64,000 bases of DNA, from positions 68,200,001 to 68,264,000 of the forward strand of contig NC_042997.1 of assembly GCF_006345805.1 (NCBI RefSeq), written 5' to 3'. The position numbers and the translations under genes were made by a program. Source of the stretch: Octopus sinensis. Taxonomy: Eukaryota. The notes under the pieces were generated by a model. It was not told the origin of the DNA. It saw nothing but the letters and a program-made list of their open reading frames with translations, and made no database searches. Of the stretch, positions 1 to 13,705 are shown in pieces. The stretch's first letter is position 1; each line of letters opens with the position of its first letter.

Positions 1-175
1 AAATCATTTACACATATATATATGAGTGCATATACCCATACTCTTATATATATATGGGGAGGGATAGAGAAAGAAAGAGAGATAAATAGATAGCTAGCTT
101 GATACATATTCAACTACTTAAATAAAATAAATATCAGTTCGATTCTATCCTTAGTAATAAGTCATTTTTACAGTA

Positions 176-505
176 AGGCGCATGGCACAGTGGTTAGACC
201 GCCAAGCCCACAATCGTGAGATTGTGAGTTCGATTCCAGGATCGGGCAGTGTTGTGTTCTTGACCAAAGTACTTTATATCACGTTGCTCCAGTACACTCA
301 CCTGTAGAAATGAGTTGCAGTGTCACTATTGCCAAGCTGTATCCACCTTTGCCCTCCCTCAGACAAAATCCATAGCGTGAAGAGAGGAGACTAGTATGCA
401 TGGATGACTGCTGGTTTTCCACAATAACTTTGCCCGGACTTGTTCCGAGGAAGGAAACTTTCTAGGTGCAATCCCATGGTCATTCGTGACCGAAGGAGTT
501 CTTTA
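176..505 (+). mobile_element. tRNA-derived SINE, family D (head shared with family C, distinct 3' tail)
   Basis: A-box-like TGGCACAGTGG (183-193) and B-box GTTCGATTCC (228-237). The body aligns by eye with 25255-25545. Confidence 0.8.
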
Positions 506-549
506 TTTGAACTTTTGCTATTTAACAATCAAATATTCTTTTCTGCTCG

Positions 550-711
550 AAGCACAATGCCCGAAAATTTTGGAGGAGGGGCCAGTCGATTAGATCGACT
601 CAGTGTGCAATTGGTACCTAATTTTTCGACCTCGAAAGGATGAAAGGCTAAGTCAACCTCGGCGGAATTTTGAGCTCAGAATGTAAAGACATACGAAAAC
701 AGCTAAGCATC
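550..711 (-). mobile_element. SINE family A, partial
   Basis: Reverse complement of the family core (ttctgagttcaaattccgccgaggtcgactttgcctttcatcctttcggggtcgat), seen more than 10 times in the window. Confidence 0.8.
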
Positions 712-1631
712 ACTTAACGATCAAATATTCTTTCATAAATCGGTGTGTGTGTATGTGTGTATTTGTGTGAGTGTGATCACAATAATTAGAACGATATGCT
801 TTAAACAAAGAAAGTACAATTTAGTTGATCTACATATACACGGGTGAGACACAGTTGCAAATTTGGATCTGAGCACAAGACCTATCAGTCTTGTATTGAA
901 ACCGAATGTACCCAAAGGCACCCATAAGGAGTTTCCGTGTTGGCTATAATGAAAATCATCCAGTGTTCTCTGGATATTACTGACTTATATTGTGAGAGAT
1001 AATTCACTTATACGCTATCTTTTGCTTATGTCTTAGATTGTTTGTAATAACCTCCACGACTACCTTGACACCCCACCCGTTGCGCAAAAAGGGTGACAAC
1101 GAACCAGAGACCAAAGTTGCTGGTAATGCCTTTGGATAAAACTCTTGTTTTGTACTGCGATACAAACTTATGAGTTGTGCTTAACCTCAACTCATAAGCG
1201 TGCTATCGTTGCTTGACATCACGCCTCGATTTCGAGCTTAAAGATCAAACAAATGCTCCTGTATATCATGCTGTCTTCTTCAATAATTCCTCTAGGCTTA
1301 GTTAAAACCCCACTCCTTCGTTAGCGACGAAGAAGTGGGCTATTTCCCTCCTAAATGCTCCTGGATAAGAATCATAGGTAAAATCAAGCTCATGATTTGG
1401 TTACACATTTGTACAACATCATCATTTATTCCGCTAATTGTAACGTGTTGATTATTCCTTGTTGATGACAACGAAAGATAAAAGAAATAGACTTGTTGCT
1501 GTTCGAATTTTGACAGACACTGTTTGTGTTTGTTTTGGTGCAAGATCTATTTGCCAGTGAAAATTTTATTTCTTCTGTACTTTTAAAGCACACATACCCT
1601 TAACATTTACTCTTTTGTTGTTGTTGTAATC

Positions 1632-2378
1632 TTGGAAGCAGATGCTGCTTTAGGTGAATTCAAAATCAAACTTCCCAATGACCTTTGCCTCGAAAGTAGT
1701 ACTCTTTCAGATCTATGTAATTTTGTATATGCTGACCTCAAAAATAACTTCACAAACCCTGCGTGGCTTGCAAATAGAACCATTGTTACTCCAACAAATG
1801 AAACAGCACAATTTGTGAATGATTTTCTTTTGACCAAGATCCCTGGTGAGCTAAAAATATACAGAGGCGCAGATATAGTTAATAATGAAACTCTGTACCC
1901 AATCGAGTTCATCAACAAACTAACACCATCAGGGTTTCCACCACACATTCTCAAACTGAAGAAAAAATGTATAATTTTTCTGAGAAATTTAAATGCTACT
2001 AATGGACATTGCAATGGCACACGCTACATCATTGTCAGTTTACATGATTATGTTATTGAGGCTGAGATTGCTTCTGGTCCTTATAGAGGATCAACTCTGT
2101 TAATCCTCAAAATACCACATGTATCTCAAGAAATGAAATTTCTATTCACATTTACACGCAATTTCCTGTCAAGCCAGCTTTTGCTTTGACGTGCAACAAG
2201 GCACAGGGACAGACTTTTGAACAAATTGGAATATATCTTCCGACACAATTCTTCTCATATGGTCAGCTGTATGCTGCATTATCTAGAGTTCGAAAGAAGG
2301 CTAATGTAAAAATTACTGGCTGAGAGAAATGTAAACAGTATGATTACTGACAATTGTGTCTACAAGGAGATAACTTTA
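1632..2378 (+). pseudogene. Helitron RepHel, C-terminal Pif1-like SF1 helicase fragment (frameshifted)
   Basis: ORF 1632-2189 has RTIVTPTN, YPIEFINKLTPSGFPPHILKLK and LRNLNATNGHCNGTR. After a frameshift near 2159 it reads QFPVKPAFALTCNKAQGQTFEQIGIYLPTQFFSYGQLYAALSRV, then ITDNCVYKEI. These are canonical Helitron helicase motifs. Confidence 0.92.
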
Positions 2379-2609
2379 AAGCAAAATGTTTTCTTAGCAA
2401 GTGTCAGTGAATAGAATTAACACATAAATTATATGTAAAGTAACATATATTTCTGTGGAATTAAATTGTTTTGGCATATTTCAACACATGCCGAATGAAT
2501 AGTGTCGTTATATTAGATCATTTTAAATTTGGGTATATTTGAAAAAGTAAATAAGCACCATTCCCATGTGTTCTCACAGCACTAGACTTTTGTGTATGTG
2601 CGTGTGTGT

Positions 2610-2610
2610 G

Positions 2611-2708
<98 letters not shown>
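2610..2708. repeat. (CTAT)n microsatellite
   Basis: About 25 uninterrupted CTAT units. Confidence 0.97.
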
Positions 2709-2709
<1 letters not shown>

Positions 2710-3354
2710 GCACACCTATGTAAGGTCTACAAATTATTAATGATAAATATATATAACAAATTGACTCTTTAAAAAAGAGAGATTATGACTGTGATAAAAT
2801 AATGAAAGCAATATTTACTAAGCAAGTGAGCACTATTATATAAAGAAATAATTAGACGTAAAATATAAAATTATTAGAATTGGGAATCAAATGTGGAAAT
2901 ATTATCGAGTGGCTTCTGCTAGTGCATATAATAAATGTAAATACATTAAAAAAACCTGCCGAAACATTTCTTCGAGTTGATCGCCTCCATATGTGAAAGT
3001 GCAATAAAAAGTCAGAAATTGATTTTTTACAGGGGAAGTAAACGCATTGAGTATCTCTTATTGGTTCAACATGTGTTACTGGAACATCTGGTACACTCTT
3101 GCTGAAGTTTTGATATAGACAAGACGTTAGATTTAGAGGAAACGAAGTACGATTTGTGATTATGAAACGTTCATGATTTCCTGAAGGGTGTTAAAAAGTT
3201 ATGTTTATGTACGGAAATAACGTCATCTGGAAGCTGAAGATATTTTGTAAATTCCACTTCCTAAAAATAAAAAAAAATGTGATGAAAAAAATGTTCGTGG
3301 CGTTTCAGTGCTACCGTATTGTTGTTATTGTTTAATTCCAAGTCATTCCTCATT

Positions 3355-3945
3355 TAGTTGATTTATGGTCAAAGGCGTTCCAACCGCGAGCGTCCTGCCA
3401 CACTTTAACACAATGTATCTAGAACTGCGTTATCCTTTTTTCAATTTAGAAAAGAGTAGTTATAATTTACGAAAGATTTGGCTGCTATTTCTTGTAAGTT
3501 GAGCGATCAAGGAAAGGCTCCCTTGTTTACTAACGAGCATGTGATTTGAACTGGTAGAGCATAGGTCTGTTAACAGAGAAGTTGAGAGTTTGTATTCCCC
3601 CACGTGCTCTTTATTTATTTACTCAAATGTTCATTTTTAACTCGGGCAAGACTCATTATTTTATGGAGTTGTGACGTTTCATGTCTTCCCATTCTTAGAG
3701 TATGTAAACTAAGCTGGATTTAACTGAAAACTGATTGTGCGCACTTATTGTTGATGCTGTTGCATGACCAGGATAGACATGGTCAGTTAAGTTTACAATG
3801 AATGGCATTCCAGCTGTGACCATGCCCCGTCATGTTTGAAACACCGTCTATATTAGTCAATGCGTAGTTCTTCTAAGACGGTATGATGTGATTTGAGTGA
3901 GATCTGGCTGCTTTAGAAGCTGGTCAAAAGTCACTCAGAGGCACT
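3355..3945 (+). repeat. Two decayed copies of an unclassified ~200-bp dispersed repeat
   Basis: Shared motifs ggcattccagctgtgacc and gatttggctgctatttct. These recur at about 8670-8800, 9085-9290, 9915, 41270 (minus) and 60685 (minus). Confidence 0.55.
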
Positions 3946-5036
3946 TTCGTTGATTCAATATACTAGAACTGTTTTGTTTTAGCAGTCGTCTCTCTTACTT
4001 AATGTGCCCTTCCTTTTCTGAGATATTAAGGTGAAATTAAAATGGTATTTAACTGCTAATTTGTAGCAACTCGTGCAACTACGTATGAACTCCTCTCGGA
4101 GTACTTTGGACAAATTAACACGGAAAGAAAATTTTCTCCATGCTATTCCTACAATCGAAGCTTTTTTTTGTATCAGAAGAATAGTTAATACTCATGACAT
4201 TTTACAGTGCCTCCAAGATGCGTAGAGCATACGCACAAACTGTAGAATACGTGCAACATAGTGGACTCTATAGCTCCTTGCCCGCCAACCAGTTGGAGGT
4301 GCTAAACTGGGTAACAGGTTAAACCCGCGAACCAAGAACCGGGTAGGAATATTAAACTGGGCGAGCGATTTAGTCTACAGCCCAAACTCAGCGCCGCAAA
4401 CTTTTAAAACTCTCATGTATTTCAGTGAACAGCCGCTGCCGCCACCGACGACGACGTCAATAGTCAGTTGTTTGTAATTGGTGGTATTTAATTTATCATG
4501 AACACAAAAGCAATATGGTGTGGATGAGTGCGCGCTCACACAAACAAGTGTACCTCCTTCTCATTCACTTCTATACTCTAATATAAAAAAATATACACGC
4601 CTTATCTTCTTCAATAAGCACGTTAGATTATCTGTTTCTACATACCACTACACAAACGGGATGTACTCAGCTGGAATACTATTGATCATGGGTCTAGTTT
4701 AATCTAAGGCCAAAGAACAACATGTCCACAAATGTCACTTAATCTCTGCCTAAACGTGATATTTGTGTACTGAAAGCTATGTAAGCTATTTTAAAGAAAA
4801 CCTGTTCAGCCAACACCCTGCATACAACCCCACATACATACATGAACGCACATGAGCCTGCACATACATACACATACTTACACACTCACACATTCACACG
4901 CGTACACGGATGCTTACTTCTGCACACAACAATCATGATCCCTATAAAAATCAATAATTCGGTCGTCCTTCTAACAGGTTTGCCCGGCATGATTCATCGC
5001 AGCCGAGCCTTTTTTTTATATTCAAATATATACATA

Positions 5037-5378
5037 TGCAAAGGCAGCAAGCTGGCTACGTTCTGAGTTCAAATTCCGCCGAGGTCGACTTTACCTTTCA
5101 TCCTTTCGGGGTCGATAAATTAAGTACCAGTTACGCACTGGGCTCGATATAATCGACTTAATCCGTTTGTCTGTCCTTGTTTGTCCTCTCTGTGTTTAGT
5201 CCCTTGTGTGTAATAAAGAAATAGGTATTTCGTCCGTCTTTACGTTCTGAGTTCCACCGAGGTCGACTTTGCCTTTCGGGCTCGATAAATTAATTCCCAG
5301 TTATGTATTGGGGTTGATCTAATCGACTGGACACCTCCCCCAAAATTTCAGGCCATGTGCCAAGAGTAGAAAAGAATA
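5037..5378 (+). mobile_element. SINE family A, dimeric/nested (two cores)
   Basis: The core tacgttctgagttc...gaggtcgacttt occurs at about 5058 and again at about 5240. An alternative tail lies between them and the ccccaaaatttcaggcc tail ends the element. Confidence 0.85.
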
Positions 5379-5619
5379 TATACATATACACATGTTTGAC
5401 AAATGCACATATAGAAAAATCTCGGTGCATGAGTCACAATAAAAAAGTAAATATACGTACATACATATATATATATATATCTCGCGCGCCTTGGCGCGCG
5501 CTGGGGGCTTGGTCGGCCCCTTGGGCTTGCGTTGTACTGCTTGTGCGTTGTGTGCGTGAGCGCGCTTCGTGTGTGTGGGCTTGCTTCGGATGTGCGCGTG
5601 CGTATGTATGCATACATAC

Positions 5620-7110
5620 CCACACACTCGCATGCATCCCTACCCACATACATACACGCACACCTACTCACACACACACATACATACACACACACATACC
5701 CGCACACACACACATACATACATACACACACATACCTACTTCAGACATACACACACACAGACATACACCCATACACTCACACTCACACGCATACACACAC
5801 ACACATACACACGCACACGTACACATACACACACACACACACACCTACATACATACATTACACTTGTATACACACACACTTACATTCATACACACACACA
5901 CACCTACACAGCCATACCCTCACTCAGACACACACATCTACCTACACACACACACAAACACACACAGACACACACCCATACATACATACTTCTACACACA
6001 CACGCCTACACACATACATACACACATACATAAACACACACATACACATACACACACATACGCACACACACATATACTTATACACATGCACACACACACA
6101 TACATACATACACCCATACACATACACACACACATACCTACATACTCCTATACGCACATACATACACACAGACATACACACATACACACTCACACAAACA
6201 TACACACACACATACTTACACACACACTCACCTGCACGCGCACACACATGCATGACAAACACCCATACACTCACACTCACATACGCACACACCAACATAA
6301 ACACGCACACGCACACACACACCTACACTCCCACACACATACACACGCACCTACATACACACACGCACGCATACACACGCACACACACGCATACACACAT
6401 ACATTACACACGTACACACACCTACATACACATGCATACACACACACACACAAACATGCACGGACACACCCAGACATACATACATACACCTATATACACA
6501 CGCCCACACACCTACATACACACACATATACACACGCCCACATACCTACATACACACACATACACGGACACACCCATACATACTTACATACATACACCTA
6601 TACACACACGCCTACACACCTACATACACACACATGCATACACACACACATGTACGCACATACACACACATATACGCACATACATATATACCCACACACA
6701 TGCACACACACACACATACGCACATGCATGCATGCATGGACACGCGCACACCTACACGCATACACAGACACACACGCACGTACACATACATACATACACA
6801 CACGCATACATACACCCATACACATACATGCATCCTACACACACATACATACACACTCACACATACATACACACACGCACACTCACTCACACACCTGTAT
6901 GTACGCGCACACACATGCACATACACACACTTCCCCACACCCACACGTACATACATACACACTCATACACATACACACACACACACACACGGACATACAT
7001 CTATGCACACACATATATACACACATACTCACATACATTCATCGGACACACTGCCACCCAGACATACACACAGACACACTCACACATCCACACACATACA
7101 TACTTACGCG
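5620..7110. repeat. ~1.5-kb degenerate (CA)/(TACA) low-complexity array
   Basis: The + strand is almost only C, A and T in scrambled CA/CATA/CACG units. This explains the stop-free His/Thr ORFs. Confidence 0.95.
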
Positions 7111-7779
7111 CATACTCGCAGGCGCGCGCACACACGCGCTTGCGCCGGTTCGCGCACGCATACGCGCCGCATGCACCTCGCTCTTGGACCCGACGAGACC
7201 TCCCGCTCGTTCCTGGGACCGTCGCTTGTCGTTGGGTTTTCCCACGCCCGTCTCCGCGGGACCACTCTTCCATCTTCCCCTCAGCTGGAGTCCTTTTTCC
7301 TTAACCCCCCTTTTTTGTTACACACACGCGCACACATATACACACATTGCTTAAATATATACATTACTCTTACACACATTCAATCTACTCGCCATTAATA
7401 CTACCACGACACTGGACACACACACACACTACTACTCAACACACGCTGGCACGCTACATACGCCCCCACCCCTTCCCCTCCCTCCCTTCCTCCTTCCTTC
7501 TTTTTCTTACTACTGACCATTGTCTGCTATGCCGACCACTGTCTCGCCCTACCTCACACGCCTACACACAGACGCACACACTAACACATACATATATTTT
7601 TTGTTTTTTTATCTCGCCTCACACACACACATACACACACGCACACGCACACACTCACACATACACACACATCTGTTGCGTTACCAACCTTGTCTCCACT
7701 CTTTTGCCTTTAAAAACCTACTTTGCTCTTGTTATCGTAAACTTCCGCCTTTCACCATGTGTAACTCGTAAACACCAGT

Positions 7780-7960
7780 CGTTTTTTTTTTCTCTATCCC
7801 TGTTGCCCGCTTTGGGATCTTTCTTTCCTCTCTCTTCCTTCTTTATGTTTCCGACGAAGAGCTCCGCTCGAAACGTCATACCTCCCTGCTTCCATTTCCT
7901 GAGCGCCTATTAATAATAATACTGTAATTGTTCCATTGTTGTTGTTTTTTTGTTTTCCCG
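7780..7960 (+). mobile_element. Penelope-type terminal repeat with degenerate hammerhead
   Basis: CCGACGA-A-GAGC-TCC-GCTC-GAAAC-GTC at 7851-7877, followed by ccatttcctga. A related decayed copy lies at about 31095-31160 (minus). Confidence 0.55.
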
Positions 7961-8066
7961 TTTGGATTAAAATTATATATATATATATATATATGTGCGT
8001 GTGTGTGTGTGTGTGTGTGTATATGCGCACACACTCCTATTTTTTATATAAAATATATATGCATAA

Positions 8067-8095
<29 letters not shown>

Positions 8096-8097
<2 letters not shown>

Positions 8098-8260
8098 CGA
8101 CGGGCTTCTTTCATTTTCGGTCTACCAAATCCACTCACAAATCTTTGGTCAGCCTGAGGCTATAGCAGAAGACACTTGCCCAAGGTGCCATGTAGTGGAA
8201 CTGAACTCGGAACAATGTGCTTCGTAAGCAAGCTACTTACCACTGAGCCACTCCTGCGCC
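8096..8260 (-). mobile_element. SINE family B, 5' half
   Basis: Reverse complement of the ggcgcaggagtggctgtgtggtaagtagcttgc...gaagcccgtcgta head. Confidence 0.85.
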
Positions 8261-9489
8261 ATCGTCTGTAAAAATATAAATTCGAAAGAAGAAGCACACT
8301 CTCAGATGTAGAGCAGTATATATTAAGAGTGGGGAAGGCTGCTTTATGGGATTACCTTAAGTTTCCCGTCCATAAAGGAATTAGCTTTATGGCGTATCGT
8401 CAGATCCCAAAACCTTTTGGCCCGAGATCCCTTATATAAATATAGTACTAGCACTAGGCTAACAAAGTATGAGTTCTGGGGTCGATTTGTTCGACTAAAG
8501 GCAGTGCTCTAGCATGGTCTCGGTCAAATGACCGAAACAAATAAAAGGGTAAAAGAATATATATATATATATATATTATATATATACATATGTGTGTGTG
8601 TGTGTGTGTAGGTATTTATGTATGTATGTACACACACGCGCGTTGTGTGTGCATGCCTTTGCGTCCTGTTCAGCTCTGGTTGACCAGACCGATGATCAAA
8701 TGAGGTATAACCATGGACAGCTTGTCCTTCCTATATCAACGGCCATAGGCTGAGGTTTTAGGAATACCTGGTTGCTATTTCTACCTGCTCGAGGCACAAG
8801 AAGTCGTTGCTTTTGTCGTTATTTAGCCTAGTGTCAGCCTATATACGTCATGCCAATAATTCAAAGCACTTCTTGTTTGACTGTTCCATCTTTTATGTCC
8901 ACAAGTACATTATGCAATGCGTTCTCTCTTTTATGAGACTGTAGAGTGTGATTTAAGGGAGGACCAGCTGTTTTTTCTAGCATGCCGAGTGACTACTTTT
9001 CACCCCATCCGTCTTTGGCTCTCAAGTTCTATTATTTATCACATGGGAAGTAGTATGGCTGTTTGGGTATCTTGGCTCTTGTTATTGTTTAACCCCAGGT
9101 ATATCCCAATGAAGTACACAAATGATCAAATGCATTCCAGTCGTAACCATCCCGCCTCCATTCAGGCACGGTGAATATAGGACAACATTATCCTATATAA
9201 ACATTTCCCGTGTTTTTTTTTTGTTTTAATAAACAGTACGATTTAACATGATGTATATTTAGCTGCTATTTCTAGTAGGTCCGGCAAACGAGTAGATTTT
9301 CCCGTTTGTTATTTTTGCTGGTGGTTATTGTGTAGCTTCAGGTCAGCCCTAATCGCGTAGAATATCTTTAAAACTTGCTCAGGTGTGAACATCCCATCTT
9401 ATCTTTTCTTTTCAGGCACAGTATATCATGGAGTATACTATTTAATGAGTATCTCTTTTCCTTTTTATTTTTTAAAAACAATAGTCCAC

Positions 9490-9897
9490 AGGCGCAGGAG
9501 TGGCTGTGTGGTAAGTAGCTTGCTAACCAACCACATGGTTCTGGGTTCAGTCCCACTGCGTGGCATCTTGGGCAAGTGTCTTCTGCTATAGCCCCAGGCC
9601 GACCAATGCCTTGTGAGTGGATTTGGTAGACGGAAACTCAAAGAAGCCCGTCATATATATGTATACATATATGTCTGTGTTTGTGTGTTTGTGTTTGTCC
9701 GATGCTTGGTGTGTTTACGTCCGATGCTGGTGTGTTTACGTCCCCGTCACTTAGCGGTTCGGCAAAAGAGACCGATATAATAAGTACTGGGCTTACAAAG
9801 AATAAGTCCCGGGGTTGATTTGCTCGACTAAAGGCGGTGCTCCAGCATGGCCGCAGTCAAATGACTGAAACAAGTAAAAGAGTAAGAGTAAAGAGAG
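9490..9897 (+). mobile_element. SINE family B, full length (tRNA-like head, internal microsatellite, conserved tail)
   Basis: A-box-like TGGCTGTGTGG and B-box-like GGTTCAGTCCC, internal TA/TG spacer, and tail gactaaaggcggtgctccagcatggccgcagtcaaatgactgaaacaagtaaaagag. Similar full copy at 52805-53190. Confidence 0.9.
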
Positions 9898-11252
9898 TCC
9901 ATAAACTGAGAGAGATTTGGCTGCTGTTTCTCACACATCAACATACCAGATAGAGGCTCTAATTAGCGTTCGGTATTTATTTGTATAATAATAGCCTCAA
10001 GATGTCGGGCGATATGGATTATTTATCTGATCGGAGTTTGACAGTATCTTGTTCTCAGTATTGTTGTATGTGTATCCCAACATACTGTTTAGTTATTGAT
10101 GTCGCTGCTATTTGTCTGTTAGTCGAATCTGAGCGGAAAGGATAGCAGTATTCATAAGATACCGTTGTACAAAGTTACGATGTGCTGTTGTTGAGGCATC
10201 TGGGTGATGGGAGGTGAATGTAGATGAATGCAGTGGTAGAGACAGAACATTGTGGGACGAAGCTTTATTTATTTACTACGGTAGTGCACTAAACATAGAC
10301 ATTTTATTTTTGTTTCTCTGTGTTGGTAGGTGGTCTGTTTGTTAGGTCTTTCTGTGTAGCTGATTGAGCCTATCTATCAGCGATAGCTTTGCTAAGTATA
10401 ATTAGCAGTAAGCCTCTCAAACTAACTAATCTCTACCGTCTTAATAAGAACAGAATGACTACTACAACACTATCGTAAAAATTAACGTGATTTGTAAATA
10501 GTAAACAATCAACAGAAAACGATATACATCATGTATATACAGTTCCAGTACAACCGTAGAAGAAACAGAGGCACGATAATCCATGCATAAGCTTAATACC
10601 TTTTCCCCTTCATTTCTTTTGTTCGAACTCTTAGATAATCAGATATTCAGTCCCTCGACCGTTCCTACGTCTTGCATCTACCCTCTCTCTCTCCGCTTAT
10701 CTCAGTTACTGTTACGGTATACAATGCTCTACATTTGTAGATAGGAAACATTCTCATTCCAGCTCGCTTACAGACTCTAATACACTTACAAACACAAACA
10801 CAAACTTACTCGAACATATACATACACATGTTAACAAGTGTATGCTCATGCGTATTCTGTTGTCCAATAATATTTTCGTAGTTTTTTCTTCATATTCTAT
10901 GTTCATTTCTACTTTTTTTTTGATTTTTGAAATGGTTTCATCATACAAAGAAAGGCAGAGTCTATCTCCAATATCGGGGACCCTTAATGAGAATATTAAG
11001 GGTCTCCTAAAAATGAAGATATTTACGATAGAAGGGAGAACGTTATTCTTACACGAAAGACCTGCAATAAAATTGATTCTGCTATAAAACCCAAACGATT
11101 CGTTGGTGGTATTAAAATGGGCAACAGATTAAATCTGCCACTAAAAATTAGGGCCAGCAGTCCCCATGACGGATTTCCACAGAGTTTATGCGTACCCATT
11201 TTTTAACTACACGTCTGTGACTGCGACCAGTCGTTGTTGGAACAGATTAGAT

Positions 11253-11430
11253 CAGTAGTTCTGAACCGGGGTCCACATGATCCTTGGGCGTCCACATAAG
11301 ATTTTGCTGTTAACATTTAGATGCAATATATTGGTTACAAAACACAAAATATTTCAACAAGTTTTTTTATACAATTCCTAATCATATTTTAATTATAAAA
11401 ATATAATGGGATATTTTTATACATCGAAGG
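11253..11430 (+). mobile_element. hAT-type MITE fragment
   Basis: Starts cagtagttctgaaccggggtcc, resembling the CAGTGGTTCTCAACC TIR at 36301 and 52076. The right end is not evident. Confidence 0.4.
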
Positions 11431-11650
11431 TTACAAATATTCGGACCAAGTTCCGGGTAGGGGATTATCATGACTTAATTACATTCCGACACCCCTTGAA
11501 CGCTCTCAGCCGCCAAAACACATCTTAATTAGCTGTATAATTACCACCCGTTTCTGTAATATCAGTAGAATCCAATCTAAGTTAGACACCCAAGTATCAC
11601 TTCATAATAATATGAATAATCTTTTCTATTAAAGACATGAGATCTGATTG

Positions 11651-11885
11651 GGGGGGGGGTAAGTTGATTACATCGGCCCCAGTGCACAACTGGTACTTAT
11701 TTTTATCGACACCGAAAGGATGAAAGGAAAAGTCAACCTTGGCGGAATTTGTACTCAGAACGTAAAGACAGAAATGTCGCTAAGTGTTTTGCTCACGAAC
11801 ACAACGCATCGCCCGGTCCAGGAATCGAAACTGCACCCTTGTGATCATGTGTCCAATACTCTAACCACTTGACCTCGCGCTTCCA
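11651..11885 (-). mobile_element. SINE A fragment adjoining a family C/D tRNA-like head
   Basis: A core at 11651-11790. The head (ggaagcgcgaggtcaagtggttagagtattgg...gtttcgattcctgg) lies at about 11790-11885. Confidence 0.7.
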
Positions 11886-12152
11886 TTTTTAATGATATAA
11901 AAATAACAACACATTCTTTTACTTTTCGAAACGGTTTCTATCCAAAAGAATCTCTGCCAACTTAGTAGAACCCTCTACTGCTTGAACTGCAAGAGTTCGA
12001 TAAGCAACACTCGAGCAGGAAAAGCATCCGCATTCGCTGTTCGCCTTTCTTTCAATTCCACACTGCATACATGATGTAAATGTTCCCCCAAACTATTCCT
12101 TTTAACCATCATACACACATACACACCAAATTTGAAAGTATCTCTTATCGCT

Positions 12153-12380
12153 TAACCCTCTAGCGTTTAAACCGACCATATCCGGCATAAATATTCTACT
12201 TGTTTTGTGTTCAAACATGCCAGATCTGGATCTCACACCTAACCCACAATATCATTGTAAAAATAAATAAGTCACAGTGTCAAAATTTCAAAGCTATGAG
12301 ATAATGCACAATTAATTCGAAGCAATGTGAATAAACAAGTAATACATTCGTCTGAGTAATGTGAATGCTAAACCAGCAAG
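12153..12380 (+). mobile_element. piggyBac-type (TTAA-CCCT) non-autonomous element
   Basis: Begins TTAACCCTCTAGCGTTTAAA. Collinear with the reverse complement of 24812-25034. Confidence 0.65.
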
Positions 12381-12957
12381 ACAACAGGATCTAAGGATGT
12401 GGGGGTTTTTTGCCGCCCAAAAATGCATATTGTATAGCTACACACAGAATAGAATACAATCACACACACTTGTGTACTACACACCATTACATGAAAACAA
12501 GTTTATCCAACATACGTTCACAAATACACCCACACTAATTCATATTCACAAATCTATGGAATTGTCGTAACGTAAACAAAAATGTCTTTTCACATTGTGA
12601 TCAGCTTCAAATCTTTGACGAATTTGAATAAAACCAACATAGTTATTGCAGCATTTTGTCAGATGAAGGTCGTCTTAGCATAAACCACTTTCTGAGTATC
12701 AATTGTTAAGTATTCAGTGATAAGAGGAATAAGTTGACAGTTTCATTGCTCAGACAAAGCTAAAAATAAATTTTAAGATAATGAGGTACGTATCCTCCAT
12801 TAGAAACCAACCTGGTATTTATCTCTTTAGCATACATATGCCATGCGTACGTACATGCATGCATGGATGTATGTATACCTATCGACTTTCAGCATCCATC
12901 CATCCATCCATTATACACATAAATACACACACACACACACACACATACATACATACA

Positions 12958-12988
<31 letters not shown>

Positions 12989-13361
12989 TAGGCTTTCGGT
13001 TTTCGTCTGCTAAATTCTCATAAAGTAATGGTCAACATTGAGACTATCGCAAAAGACCAACCCAGAACGATATGCTTACGAAACGAAATTATTAACCACA
13101 TAGTTTACAACCTGCGTCTATACACTTACTCTAATCTCAACGGTCAAGTTCAGTTAGATTTAAATAATTAGTGTTGAGTGGTACACTTTTCTCATTGCTT
13201 GCTGTCATAGTCAAGTGACTTGTTCCGTTTTTCCAATTGTAGTTGCTTTGTTTTGCAGCTTGCCAAACATTTAGTTTCAGAAACAGATTCATATTACGAA
13301 AAAAAAAAAAAGAAAACAAAAAAAAAGAAGAGAAAGAGTAGCGTATGAGTGGAGACGAGTA

Positions 13362-13386
13362 AATAATAATAATAATAATAATAATG

Positions 13387-13453
<67 letters not shown>

Positions 13454-13624
13454 TAATAATAATAATACGATCTATTATAGGCCTGAAATTTGCGGGGAGG
13501 ATGAAAATCGATTACATCGACCCCAATGCGCAACTGGCTTATTTAATCGACTCCGAAAGGATGAAAAGCCAAGTCAACCTCAGCGGAATTTGAAGTCAGA
13601 ACGTAGCGACGGGTGAAATACCGC

Positions 13625-13687
<63 letters not shown>

Positions 13688-13705
13688 TAATAATAATAAT
13701 AATAG
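13362..13705. repeat. (AAT)n arrays flanking a minus-strand SINE A (about 13468-13625)
   Basis: Two long AAT runs with the SINE A core between them. Confidence 0.9.

Noticed and set aside
176-250. tRNA genes suggested by A/B boxes (also at 9490, 33437, 63930)
   Set aside because: No complete cloverleaf; each runs directly into a multicopy SINE body.
2900-2923. CTAG|T as the 3' end of the autonomous Helitron relic
   Set aside because: No subterminal hairpin precedes it.
5357-7354. 665-aa and 590-aa His/Thr-rich ORFs
   Set aside because: All three + frames stay open because the CA/TACA array rarely forms stop codons. There is no domain or codon structure.
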